DNA of 64,000 nt from Halorientalis sp. (GCF_028275115.1 NZ_JAQCNH010000001.1:17321-81320), one strand, 5' to 3'. Counted from the first letter of the stretch, positions 39,601 through 47,586 are shown. The notes: generated from the letters alone by a model not told the origin. Numbers and translations are program-made.

Positions 39601-40574
39601 CGGGAGCGGACCGGCGCGGGTCGATCCGGGTCGTCGAGAGCGGCGGACAGGAGTCGCTCGGCGCTGTCGAGGCCACCGCCGGAGAACTCACGAACAACGC
39701 GGGGACGGCGCTGCCGGGAACGGTCGCCGCCGTCGGTCCCGACGGGACCGTCGGCGTCGGCGGGGCCGCGAGTGTGAACCTGACCGTGTCCGTTCCGGTG
39801 GACGCGGCGGTCCCGGAGGGCGAGCCGACCCGGTTCACCGGTCCGGTCACGGTCGAGTCGGAGAACGGCGGGTCACTCGACGGTCGCGCGTCGGTCATCG
39901 TTCTCGATTCGGACGTGTCCGGCGCACGTCTCGTCAGCGCGTCCCGCGGTGTCACCGGCGTCCGGCTCGACAACGCGACGGCTGACGGCACCGTCGACGG
40001 CGACGGGCGTCCGGTGGCCGCGTTCGACGTGTTCGTCCGCGGCGAAGGGAACGTGACGCTGCGGCTCCCGACCGACGCTTCGTCCGGCCCGTTGAACGCC
40101 TTCACGGCGGCCGAGGGCGATACGCCCCGGTACGACGTCGACTCCAGCAGTGTGAACGCAACGGTGACCCTCTCCGACGGCGAGCACCGACTCGTGTTCA
40201 CTCGGCCGCCGGACAGTCCCGGCACCTCCGGCGCCACTGGGGACTCAGACTCCGCCGGCGACTCCAGTTCCGCCGGCGACTCGGACGCCGCCGGGGACGT
40301 CGGGACCGTGACCGGGGAGTCGGACGGCACCGACGGTCCGGCGACGGCCACGAGGGCAACGGACACGACCACGGCCACGGTGCCCCCGACGACGGAGGCG
40401 AGTGGAGAGCAGACCACGGCCGCGAACGAGTCCGTCCCGACAGTCACGGCAGAGACGCCCGCCCGCCCGGCAGCAGACATCGAGACGACCGCAGACGGTC
40501 CCGGGTTCGGGCTGTCCGTGGCCGTCTTTGCGGCGCTAGCCGCGGCGCTCCTGTGCTACCGGCGGCGGGCTTGA
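33657..40574 (+). CDS. Giant (2305 aa) cell-surface protein: PT repeat, 3 PPC-like domains, 3 PKD domains, right-handed beta-helix, Cna-B-like domain, unknown helical domain, Ig-like domains, PGF-CTERM
   Basis: Uninterrupted acidic ORF; signal peptide; YEWAFGDG PKD motifs; beta-helix repeats ending NWWG; C-terminal T-rich linker and GPGFG-TM-RRRA. True start could be a few codons downstream. Confidence 0.88.
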   Translation: MDWSWGCGLGGTGSVANGTYRDESRAGVTVRALLGQLVVVGLLLSLVVAPVVGLTVGGPSNVASGVVGQQQDEPLEGGGGGGGTSGTPTETDTPTPTETDTPTPTETDTPTSTPGDGPNDTDGSGESDDGGNGSTGGGDTGDESATDLRSIDVGETRSGEIDADDPRVSAYDGYHEPVTFQGTAGDTVTVEMRSGGDSYLYLVGPDGTVLAENDDGGVGLNATIGRETLPETGQYRIIAASFFTDDTLSYELSLTETQPGTDLDSIAFGETKTGEVDSGDETGFSEVTETVTFEGTQGDRVRATVETDVDNLEIAGIETTAGVSLEPVRDEGSLAYETVLPSDGSYTVSVATPQTDLPASYDLTLRNPGEVGPADGDLRSIALGETKTGLVDSTDPQTAQVAFYEPVEFEGTDGQTVQITLDARVADAFPRFEVRSPDGNQLETTDLSEDGGTVTGTVELPSDGTYTVRPSLGEGELGAYDLTVALADGSTGAPPTASVDAFTIGDTAFLDATASDATGSVSYEWAFGDGTTATGQAVTHAYDADGSYDVELTVSNGSGTDTTSASVDVAAGEPASVCQNAENRPPGLFEPFEKSTVVAACSGLPTVIAPAPTAEGRSLVIGNTTFLDGSVSTATGEVSYEWAFGDGTTATGKSVSHTYDSDGTYQVLLTVSNETGTDTATTVVNVARADVSPVCDDATRLTTGILDAFSEGSVRTACADARAAADQRLVPDFELSSDPVVGESVEFDAGPTTAEGTVRSYEWALGNGESATGETATVTYEEAGSYTVELTVTDEQGNSDTITRSVVVGASAGRIVVDDDGGPDAAFRRLLPALQAVSDDGTVVVRPGTYNGTGTVETSVGEIESGPGVLLNGNVTVAAPDGATLTSEGTSGIADDGFRVAASNAEPTIVGFTVRGFDDGIDARDGSDLTVSGVTVENAEVGVNLLRSDGSVSLSDVTVRDPSETGVRADGFAGDLELVDVTVDGAGGAGVRATQLAATGTLTATGLRISDSGGDGVTLAGAVGSWELDGARVEGAGDAGVDAAATTGDWEIRGSTFTGNDVVDVNALDADGVWRIHRTEFEDAAGIDARGASPGGTARRNWWGTPDGPADGTCSGAVLCGNPLGEPVSPAATGLTATVSDGDEATPFPGTTVYLYQKQPLSVEDRSITTADALASEAGREYYDDSDGEITLPFDGVEVSQTADRVVRTGPEGIVRYTGLEAGEYCLLVAPPNRSPRDVKTQCIAVESGDVTSTTVTHTDTTRFDHMTDEVSAFRFASRNRRTDALRRAYNAHIQTGTVLEEGDPVPGVDSLANTFLDSVIAGVAADPKKGGGTKSPRQAAKSVFTEFATSVAKSSATTVTANQIKERYGALVAGAVTNDDAEEYKTYTQQFENNEWLTSFPYGDVQKAGDEYRDLSTAVEAERLIGETSDRFAELRSRNVDVCSLPNPPRGCVFRDALTSEDDGQSLPGGGSGPNYDPAAMEDVLETQRDAIAGEWVANGLVVTPDGAVYTVNQSAGARASHRRAYQNFQGSQGAKKLSSFVSRIGGTITDVSVATKNPYGFAVGTGVEAVGTTGKVLYTIEREKARFATVQRFFKTHLYAMHDVDNVGNVNGDVRQWLSSEYRDPSVGGVDGRIETAPTFSEDENGVQVVDANRPLEENTNVDIKTRYVDERRISVRNTGTEPAPVRVVSVATYRSDRSDFSTYGQATTVPASSESAATLDPGETLTEDTTLTLSEPIGDPFRVYFQHTLLLMEGKVVDTATDHTFFDIRDLDCERGGRQGNVDCADPDGRTGYGRDEADSPDPVPPETAASGTLRVRRPNVALTTASTESGLAMAQESFTDDRPEVRQLFDTNLTAEDGRVTESLSTGPETHSLSVLVVSPTGAETSLQLTDAAGRTAGRDPVTGTVTTDIPNATVSGTGEMVQSVRIENVSRRDIGVTVAGNATGQDSAPVEVLAVTTPDRPAVMGLVPSAVDIEATPGADRRGSIRVVESGGQESLGAVEATAGELTNNAGTALPGTVAAVGPDGTVGVGGAASVNLTVSVPVDAAVPEGEPTRFTGPVTVESENGGSLDGRASVIVLDSDVSGARLVSASRGVTGVRLDNATADGTVDGDGRPVAAFDVFVRGEGNVTLRLPTDASSGPLNAFTAAEGDTPRYDVDSSSVNATVTLSDGEHRLVFTRPPDSPGTSGATGDSDSAGDSSSAGDSDAAGDVGTVTGESDGTDGPATATRATDTTTATVPPTTEASGEQTTAANESVPTVTAETPARPAADIETTADGPGFGLSVAVFAALAAALLCYRRRA
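33918..33989 (+). repeat. Three perfect 24-bp tandem repeats encoding (PTETDTPT)x3
   Basis: Unit CCGACGGAAACTGACACCCCGACG at 33918, 33942 and 33966. Confidence 0.95.
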
Positions 40575-40745
40575 CACTACGACTCGCTACCCGAGCGTCG
40601 CCCCGGCCGGTGCGGACCGCACGGACGAACGAGAGCCGACCGGAAGTCACGTTCACAACGCCGCACACACGCACGTCGGACCGCTCTCACGCCGTGGGAA
40701 CGAATCCATCTACTTACCAGTGTGCACCTCCGATATCGTGATGAG

Positions 40746-41234
40746 ATGACCAGCGATATGCAGAGACGTCGGTTCGTGCGTGGAATTGGAGCGGTGGCAC
40801 TGGCCGGCGCGTTGGCGGGCTGTAGTGGCGGTGGCGACGGCGCCGCTACGGGCGGCGGCGACGGCGGGGACAGTGCCAGCGTTCCCGGCGAGATCGACAG
40901 CTACCTGAACGACAACGACGCCAACCAGTACGGCGGCAATGCAGCGGATATGACGGGACAGGACAGCGTCGATATCAGTGTCGGGGCTGGAAACCAGGGG
41001 TACGCGTTCGACCCTGCTGCGGTCGTCGTCTCGGCCGGAACCGAAGTGAACTGGGTCTGGACTGGCAATGGTGGCCAGCACAACATCGTCGCGGACGACG
41101 GGACGTTCGAGAGCGAGCGTATGAGTTCGGCAGGCTCGAGCTTCTCGCACACCTTCGAGGACGCGGGCAACTACGGATACAAATGCGTGCCCCACCAAGC
41201 GCTCGGAATGTACGGCGCGGTCGTCGTCGAGTAA
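40746..41234 (+). CDS. Halocyanin (Tat lipoprotein)
   Basis: QRRRF...LAGC; AFDPAAVVVSAGTEVNWVW; QHNIV; YKCVPHQALGM. Confidence 0.92.
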   Translation: MTSDMQRRRFVRGIGAVALAGALAGCSGGGDGAATGGGDGGDSASVPGEIDSYLNDNDANQYGGNAADMTGQDSVDISVGAGNQGYAFDPAAVVVSAGTEVNWVWTGNGGQHNIVADDGTFESERMSSAGSSFSHTFEDAGNYGYKCVPHQALGMYGAVVVE

Positions 41235-41280
41235 CGGCGTCGAACGTCCGCCTTTTTACCCGGGAGCGGCTAGCACCGGC

Positions 41281-41367
41281 TCAACTGACCACCAGCACGA
41301 ATCCGGTGACGAACATCATGATTGCGATTCCGGCCAAGACGAGAAAGAGCAGGTCTTTTTCGCTCAT
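41281..41367 (-). CDS. 28-aa single-pass membrane microprotein
   Basis: MSEKDLLFLVLAGIAIMMFVTGFVLVVS; TAATTA box 27 nt upstream. Confidence 0.6.
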   Translation of the reverse strand: MSEKDLLFLVLAGIAIMMFVTGFVLVVS

Positions 41368-41389
41368 TGGCCTCACGTACGAAGTGAAA

Positions 41390-41402
41390 CGGCTAATTAC
41401 CT
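41390..41402. promoter_or_regulatory. Shared palindromic TATA box serving two divergent leaderless genes
   Basis: TAATTA at 41394-41399, roughly equidistant from the ATGs at 41367 (-) and 41422 (+). Confidence 0.55.
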
Positions 41403-41421
41403 TCGCCTCTAATTCAAGCCA

Positions 41422-41700
41422 ATGGCAGATACGGCCACCCGGTCCCCGGCGAGTCGTTCGGGCAATCGCGTCGTCCTGTTCATCTACCTCGTAATCGTCG
41501 CCATCGCCGGCGTGATGGGGTTCATTCTCGGTAACGCTCGCCCGGAAGATCTTGACCCGGAGCTGTTCGGGTTCATCCAGTTGCCACCGACGGCCATCGG
41601 GACCGCACTCTACGGCATGCTCACGGTCGGCTTCGGGCTCGGTATCCTGCTGGGGCTCGTGATCTACGTCTCCAACGAGTACGCCGACGGTGACGGCTGA
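41422..41700 (+). CDS. Small two-TM haloarchaeal membrane protein (cox-cluster-type)
   Basis: VVLFIYLVIVAIAGVMGFILG...QLPPT...LYGMLTV...LVIYVS. Confidence 0.7.
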   Translation: MADTATRSPASRSGNRVVLFIYLVIVAIAGVMGFILGNARPEDLDPELFGFIQLPPTAIGTALYGMLTVGFGLGILLGLVIYVSNEYADGDG

Positions 41701-41707
41701 GAGCGGC

Positions 41708-43327
41708 TCAGCCCTGTCCGACCATACTGTCCTCGTCGTCCCACTCGCGCTCGCGGAGTTCGTACTTCTGAACCTTGCCGGTGGCCGTCGTCGGGAGTTC
41801 CGCGACGAACTCGAACCGCCGAACGAGTTTGTAACCGGCCAGCTGTGACTCACAGAACTGCTTGAGCTCTGCTGTCGAGACCGGCGGGTTCTCCGGGTCG
41901 TCGTTGGCCGGAACGACGAACGCCTTTGGCGTCTCGCCCCACTGCTCGCTGGGCGCCGGAATGACTGCGACCTGGCTCACCGCGTCGTGTTCGTAGAGCG
42001 TGTCTTCCAGTTCGATGCTGGAGATGTTCTCCCCACCCGAGATGATGATGTCTTTCTTCCGGTCCTGGATGGCGATCATCCCGTTGTCGTCGACTACGGC
42101 GAGGTCGCCGGTGTGATAGTAGCCCTCGATTCGGTCGGTGAAGGCCTCCTCGGTGGCGTCGGGTTTGTTCCAGTAGCGGTCCATCACCTGGTTGCCCCGG
42201 ACCACGACTTCTCCGATGGTTTCGTCGTCCCGTGGGACCGTCTCGCCGTCCTCGTCGACGACGCGCACGTCCGTCCCGAGGTAGCCCAGTCCCTGGCGTT
42301 TCTTCACTTTGAACCGGGCGTCGCTCTCGTCGTCGAACAGTCGGCGGGCGTCGGAGGTGGTGATGAGCGGACCGGTCTCGGTCGCGCCGTAGACGTGTTT
42401 GAGATGCCAGCCGAACTCGTCTTCCACCGTGCGGATCGTGGCTTCCGGCGGCGCGCTCCCGGCGGTGGCGATCCGGACCGCGTTCGCCCCGGCGGTCGCC
42501 ATGTCGCCGTCTTCGCTCGCGTAGTAGTCCGAGAGCATGTTCAGCACCGTCGGCGCGCCACACATGTAGGAGACGTCCTCGTCGACGACGGTGTCGAAGA
42601 TCCACTCGGCGTCGACACCGCGGGTGCAGACGTGGGTCGCGCCCATCCCGGTGACGGCGTAGATGTGGCCCCAGCCGTTGACGTGGAACATCGGCAGGGT
42701 CCAGAGATACACGTCGTCGTCGCGGAGTTCCTGGTGGACGGAGACGAGGTAGGCGTGTATCGTCTCGGTCCGGTGGGTCCGGACGACGCCTTTCGGGTCG
42801 CCGGTCGTCCCCGATGTGTAGTTGATCGTGATGTCGTCGTCTTCGTCCATCTCCGGCCGGTCGTAGCCGGTACCGGCAGCCTCGATCACTTCGTCGAAGG
42901 CGTCCCAGTCGCCGTCGACCGCGTCGGCGTCGTTCGTGACGAACGTCTCGGTCGGCACGTCGTCGCGGACGGCCTCGATGCGGTCGGCGTACTCGTGGTC
43001 GGCGTAGATGGCGTCGACCGCCGCGTCCGAGAGGATGTACTCGAAGTCGTCGGGGACTAGCCGGTAGTTCAGCGGTGTGTGGACCGCGCCGACCTGCATG
43101 CTCCCGAAGGCCGCTTCGAGGTGGTAGTGAGTGTTGGGGTCCAGTACCGCCACACGGTCGCCTTTCTCGACGCCGTGGTTCTGCAGGAAGGCAGCGAACC
43201 CGTCGGCTCGCGCGCCCAGTTCGTCGTAGCTGTACCGCTCCCCGGTCGTCGCAACGACGGCCTCCTGCTCGCCGAAGTGGCGTCGTGCTCGGTCCAGGAA
43301 GTCCGTAACCAGCAGTGGTTTTTCCAT
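41708..43327 (-). CDS. Long-chain fatty-acid--CoA ligase
   Basis: YTSGTTGDPKG, YGATET, YHTGDLA, ISGGENISS, TATGKVQK. Confidence 0.92.
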   Translation of the reverse strand: MEKPLLVTDFLDRARRHFGEQEAVVATTGERYSYDELGARADGFAAFLQNHGVEKGDRVAVLDPNTHYHLEAAFGSMQVGAVHTPLNYRLVPDDFEYILSDAAVDAIYADHEYADRIEAVRDDVPTETFVTNDADAVDGDWDAFDEVIEAAGTGYDRPEMDEDDDITINYTSGTTGDPKGVVRTHRTETIHAYLVSVHQELRDDDVYLWTLPMFHVNGWGHIYAVTGMGATHVCTRGVDAEWIFDTVVDEDVSYMCGAPTVLNMLSDYYASEDGDMATAGANAVRIATAGSAPPEATIRTVEDEFGWHLKHVYGATETGPLITTSDARRLFDDESDARFKVKKRQGLGYLGTDVRVVDEDGETVPRDDETIGEVVVRGNQVMDRYWNKPDATEEAFTDRIEGYYHTGDLAVVDDNGMIAIQDRKKDIIISGGENISSIELEDTLYEHDAVSQVAVIPAPSEQWGETPKAFVVPANDDPENPPVSTAELKQFCESQLAGYKLVRRFEFVAELPTTATGKVQKYELREREWDDEDSMVGQG

Positions 43328-43402
43328 CGCGACTCGCAAAACGGGCGAAAACCTAATAGAAGTTTGCGACGACTCCGTGGCGTGGGAACGGCCGTTCGGG
43401 TC

Positions 43403-45748
43403 TCAGCGGTCCGCGGTCGCGCCGAGGGTAACGGGTAGCGACATCGCGACGACCGACCCGTCGGGGCCGGCTTCGGGGACCGAGATCGAGCCGCCAGCCG
43501 CGGTGACAGCCCAGTTGGCCAGCCACAGGCCGAGACCGCTCCCGTGGTCCAGTGGCGTCTCGGAGCTCCCCTCCAGCACGGCACGGTCCTGGTCGGGGAG
43601 GCCCGGGCCCTCGTCTGCGATCCGGACCGTCACGGTGTCGCCGTCGCTCTCGACGTCAACCTCGACGGTCGGTTCGGCGTTGGTAGCGTGTTTGATTGCG
43701 TTCTCGAGCAACTCACGGATAGCCACGTCGAGCGTCGGTTCGACGGCCGCCACGGTGTCGGCGTCGCCCCGGACCGTAATCGTCGCGTCGGGGTGTTCGC
43801 CGGACAGCGACTCGTTCACGCGGTCGAGCAGCGAGCCGACCTGGACGCTGTCGGCGTCGGGGTCGCGCACGTCAAGCTGGCCGAACGTCCGTGCCTTCTC
43901 ACCCAGTTCGGTCAGCCCGCGAGCCGTATCGAGAATGCGCGCGAGGTGGGCCCGCTCGTCGCCGGAGGTCAGGGAGTCCTCGATCATCGAGGCCCGGCCG
44001 ATGATGACGTTCATATCGTTGCGGATGTTGTGGCGGAGGACGCGGTTGAACACACTCAGAGCCTGTTCACGATGTTTGCGGTCCTGCACGTCGCGAACGC
44101 TCGCCAGGACGTGGTCGGTGCCGTCGAGTTCGAGTTCGGCGGCCGACACCTCGACCGGAATGCGGCTGCCATCGCGGTGGCGCATGAGCAGTTCGTCTGC
44201 CCGCGCCCGGCCGGTGGACAGTGTCGACGCGACCAGCCTTCGGAAGGCGTCGAGGTCATCCCGACAGAGCGTCGACGGGGCCGTCGTTCGTAGGGTCGCC
44301 CGGTCGTAGCCGAGCAGTTCACACGCCCGGTCGTTGCAGTTCACGACGGTGTCGGCATCGGGGTCGACCAGCAACAGGCCGTCACTGGCCGACTCGAACA
44401 TCCGACTGAACCGCTTGCGTGCGGTCCGGAGCTGGTCGATCCGGTCGGTCCGTTCGAGGGCGGCCACGACGTTCGAGCCGAGCATCCCGGCCATCGATTG
44501 GTCGATCTCGTCGAAGGTCGCCGCCGTGCTGGAGCCGGCGACCAGCACACCCTTGGTGTCCAGCGGAACGACGAGCAGACTCCGTATCGGTTCGGCGAAG
44601 CCGGTCCCGTCCAGGCCGTCGGTGTCGTCGTACTCCGAGGGGGTCCCGTCGTCCAGCGTCTCCCAGAGACGGGCCCCCGCCCCGTCGGCTCTGCCGAGCG
44701 GGTCGGGGTCGGCCGGGCACCCGTGGCTCGCGGCCGCCCGGAGCCTCGTCTCGGGGCCGTCGCCCACGAGCCACACGCGTGTCCGGGGTGCATTGAGGGC
44801 GGCCACGGCGACTCTGGCGGCCGTCTCACAGACCGAGTCGGCCGTCGTCGCTCGCATCAGGTCGGCGGCGCCGTCGTGGAGCGCGTCCAGCGCCGCCCTT
44901 CGGCGCGTCCGTTCGAGTTCGTGGCTCAGCCAGCGGGCGGCGAGACTGACGAACGCTCGCTCCGCCTCGCTGAACGGGCCGTGGGGTGACCGGTCCATGA
45001 AACAGACCGTGCCGTACAGCGATCCGCCGACCGTGATACGCGCCCCGAGGTAACACTCGATGTCGTTTTCCTCGTAGGCCGGGTCGCCGTCCCAGCCCTG
45101 TTCGGCGGCGTGGTTGAACGCCAACACGTCGTCGGACTCGATGGTCCGCCGGCAGAACGTCGTCGGGAGGTCCATCAACTCCTCGGGTTCGAAGGACAAC
45201 TCGCCGACGCTCGTCACTATCTCGTACCGTTCGGGGCCGCGGTCGATCGTCGAGAGGTGGGCGTTCTCGACACCCAGCCTGTCGCGGCCGATTCCGAGGA
45301 TTCGGTCGGCTTTCTCTTGGAAGGAAAGCGTCGCGTTCGTCGCCACGTCGTAGAGGTCACGCAGGTACCGCTCGTCGGTGTCGGGCGCTGGCGACCCGTC
45401 CCGGGTCTGCAGGCCCTGTACGACGCCGCGCACACGGTTTGCCAGCGCCGCGAATCGGTTCCCCTCGCAGACCACCAGGTCGGTCGCCTCGGCCGCGGTC
45501 GCCCGGGAGCGGACGCTCGACGCGTCGGCCGGCGTCGCGAGGACGACCAACGGCACGTCGCCCCGGTCGCCGAGCGCGTCCCAGTCCCGGTCCGAAAGCG
45601 GCGCGACGGCGACGACACAGTCCGGCACCGCCCCGTCGGCGTCAACGAGGACGACGTCGTCGTAGACGGTTTCGAGAGCTCGTAGAACGTCGCCGCGGTC
45701 CCCCTTGGTATCGGTGACGATTCGGGTCGTGAGTCGCGCGGTCATCAC
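43403..45748 (-). CDS. Orphan sensor histidine kinase (degenerate receiver, GAF, GAF, PAS, HisKA, HATPase)
   Basis: TFCRRTIE GAF; FESASDG...NDRACELLGY PAS; RHNIRNDMN H-box; ELLENAIKH, DEGPG, GSGLGLW. Confidence 0.9.
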   Translation of the reverse strand: MMTARLTTRIVTDTKGDRGDVLRALETVYDDVVLVDADGAVPDCVVAVAPLSDRDWDALGDRGDVPLVVLATPADASSVRSRATAAEATDLVVCEGNRFAALANRVRGVVQGLQTRDGSPAPDTDERYLRDLYDVATNATLSFQEKADRILGIGRDRLGVENAHLSTIDRGPERYEIVTSVGELSFEPEELMDLPTTFCRRTIESDDVLAFNHAAEQGWDGDPAYEENDIECYLGARITVGGSLYGTVCFMDRSPHGPFSEAERAFVSLAARWLSHELERTRRRAALDALHDGAADLMRATTADSVCETAARVAVAALNAPRTRVWLVGDGPETRLRAAASHGCPADPDPLGRADGAGARLWETLDDGTPSEYDDTDGLDGTGFAEPIRSLLVVPLDTKGVLVAGSSTAATFDEIDQSMAGMLGSNVVAALERTDRIDQLRTARKRFSRMFESASDGLLLVDPDADTVVNCNDRACELLGYDRATLRTTAPSTLCRDDLDAFRRLVASTLSTGRARADELLMRHRDGSRIPVEVSAAELELDGTDHVLASVRDVQDRKHREQALSVFNRVLRHNIRNDMNVIIGRASMIEDSLTSGDERAHLARILDTARGLTELGEKARTFGQLDVRDPDADSVQVGSLLDRVNESLSGEHPDATITVRGDADTVAAVEPTLDVAIRELLENAIKHATNAEPTVEVDVESDGDTVTVRIADEGPGLPDQDRAVLEGSSETPLDHGSGLGLWLANWAVTAAGGSISVPEAGPDGSVVAMSLPVTLGATADR

Positions 45749-45885
45749 TGAACCGGAGTCCGAGGGCAGGCACGGCCGGAAGTGTCTGCAGAGCGAGTAG
45801 AGAGAGGCGTTCGGATAGTCATATTACCTCAAACGGACGGAGAGAGCTTCAAAGTACGGGACGGTTCACGACTGGTGACGCGCAC

Positions 45886-47586
45886 TCAGGCCAGTCCGAC
45901 GGTCTCCTGGTAGGAGCCGTAATGGTCCTCGAAGACGCCCATAATCTCGCCCATGGTCGCGTACGCTTTCACTGCGTCGACGATGGCGGGCATGACGTTC
46001 TCGTCGTTCGCAATCGCCGCCCGGACGTCCGTCAGCGCGTCGTCGACCGTTCCGTCGTCGCGTTCGGCTTTCACCGTCGCCAGGCGTTCGCGCTGGCGGT
46101 CGCCCGTTGCCTCGTCGACGCGTAACAGGTCCGGCGATGTGTCCTCGGCGATGGTGTACTCGTTGACGCCGACGACGACTTCCTCGCCCTCGTCGACGCG
46201 CTCCTGGTACTCGTACGCCGAGTCCTGAATCTCGCGGTGGAAATACCCGTTCTCGATGCCCGTCAGCACGCCGTCCCGGACCGATCCATCGCCCATCCCC
46301 CTGAGCTCCTCGAGGTAGGCCATCGTCTCGGCCTCGACCTCGTCGGTCAGTGTCTCGATGGCGTAGCTCCCGCCGAGCGGGTCGACGATGTCGGCCGCGC
46401 CGGATTCCTCGGCGATAATCTGCTGGGTCCGCAGGGCGACCCGCACTGCCTCCTCACTGGGCAGGGCCAGTGCCTCGTCGAAGCTGTTGGTGTGGAGACT
46501 CTGGGTGCCACCCAGCACGCCCGCGAGCGCCTGAATCGTCACGCGAACCACGTTGTTGAGCGGTTGCTGAGCGGTCAGCGACTGCCCCGCGGTCTGGGTG
46601 TGGAACTTCATCTGTTTCGAGGCGTCGCTCTCCGCGCCGTACCACTCGTCCATCAGCCGGGCGTAAATTCGCCGACCCGCCCGGAACTTCGCCACCTCCT
46701 CGAAGATGGAGTTGTGGGAATTGAAAAAGAAAGACAGCTGTGGACCGAAGGCATCCACGTCGAGCCCGCGGTCGAGACAGTCCTCGACGTAGGCGAAGCC
46801 GTCGGCGAGGGTGAATGCCAACTCCTGGACGGCGGTCGAGCCAGCCTCGCGGATGTGGTAGCCGGACACCGAAACGGGTTTGAATTTCGGCGTCTCTTCG
46901 ACGGCGAACTCGACCACGTCCGTCACGACGTCGAGTGAGGCCGCCGGGGGAACGACCCACTCTTTTTGCGCGATGAACTCTTTGAGCATGTCGTTCTGGA
47001 GCGTGCCCCGGATCTCCTCGCGTGGCACCCCCTGCCGGTCCGCGAGCGCCAGGTACATAGCGTAGACCACCGGCGCGCTCGGATTGATCGTGAACGACGT
47101 CGAGACCGCACCCAGGTCGATCCCGTCGAAGAGAATCTCCATGTCCCGGAGCGTGTCGACGGCGACACCCTCCTTACCCACCTCGCCCTGGCTCATCCGG
47201 TCGTCGCTGTCCAGTCCCATCAGGCTCGGCATGTCGAACGCGACGGAGAGGCCGGTCTGTCCCTTGTCGGTCAGGTAGTGAAATCGCTCGTTGGTCTCCT
47301 CTGCCGTCCCGAAGCCGGCAAACTGCCGCATCGTCCAGGTCCGGCCGCGGTACATCGTGGGGTAGACGCCGCGTGTGTACGGTTCCTCGCCCGGGAAGCC
47401 GATGTCCGCGTCGTAGTCGCGGTCGGCCACGTCTTCGGGGGTGTACAGCCGGTCGACCTCGTGGTTCGATACGGTCGCGAACCGGTCCTGACGCTCGCCG
47501 TGGCGCTCCAGTACCGGGTCGAGTGTCTCGCGCTCCCACTCCTCGCGGTCCGCCTGGATGGCCGCGAGGTCGTCCTCGTCGTACAT
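45886..47586 (-). CDS. Coenzyme-B12-dependent acyl-CoA mutase, large (substrate-binding) subunit; isobutyryl-CoA-mutase-like specificity residues
   Basis: FPGEEPYTRG, WTMRQFAGFG, SVAFDMP, GTLQNDMLKEFIAQKEW, GYHIREAG, SLHTNSFDEA. Confidence 0.92.
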   Translation of the reverse strand: MYDEDDLAAIQADREEWERETLDPVLERHGERQDRFATVSNHEVDRLYTPEDVADRDYDADIGFPGEEPYTRGVYPTMYRGRTWTMRQFAGFGTAEETNERFHYLTDKGQTGLSVAFDMPSLMGLDSDDRMSQGEVGKEGVAVDTLRDMEILFDGIDLGAVSTSFTINPSAPVVYAMYLALADRQGVPREEIRGTLQNDMLKEFIAQKEWVVPPAASLDVVTDVVEFAVEETPKFKPVSVSGYHIREAGSTAVQELAFTLADGFAYVEDCLDRGLDVDAFGPQLSFFFNSHNSIFEEVAKFRAGRRIYARLMDEWYGAESDASKQMKFHTQTAGQSLTAQQPLNNVVRVTIQALAGVLGGTQSLHTNSFDEALALPSEEAVRVALRTQQIIAEESGAADIVDPLGGSYAIETLTDEVEAETMAYLEELRGMGDGSVRDGVLTGIENGYFHREIQDSAYEYQERVDEGEEVVVGVNEYTIAEDTSPDLLRVDEATGDRQRERLATVKAERDDGTVDDALTDVRAAIANDENVMPAIVDAVKAYATMGEIMGVFEDHYGSYQETVGLA

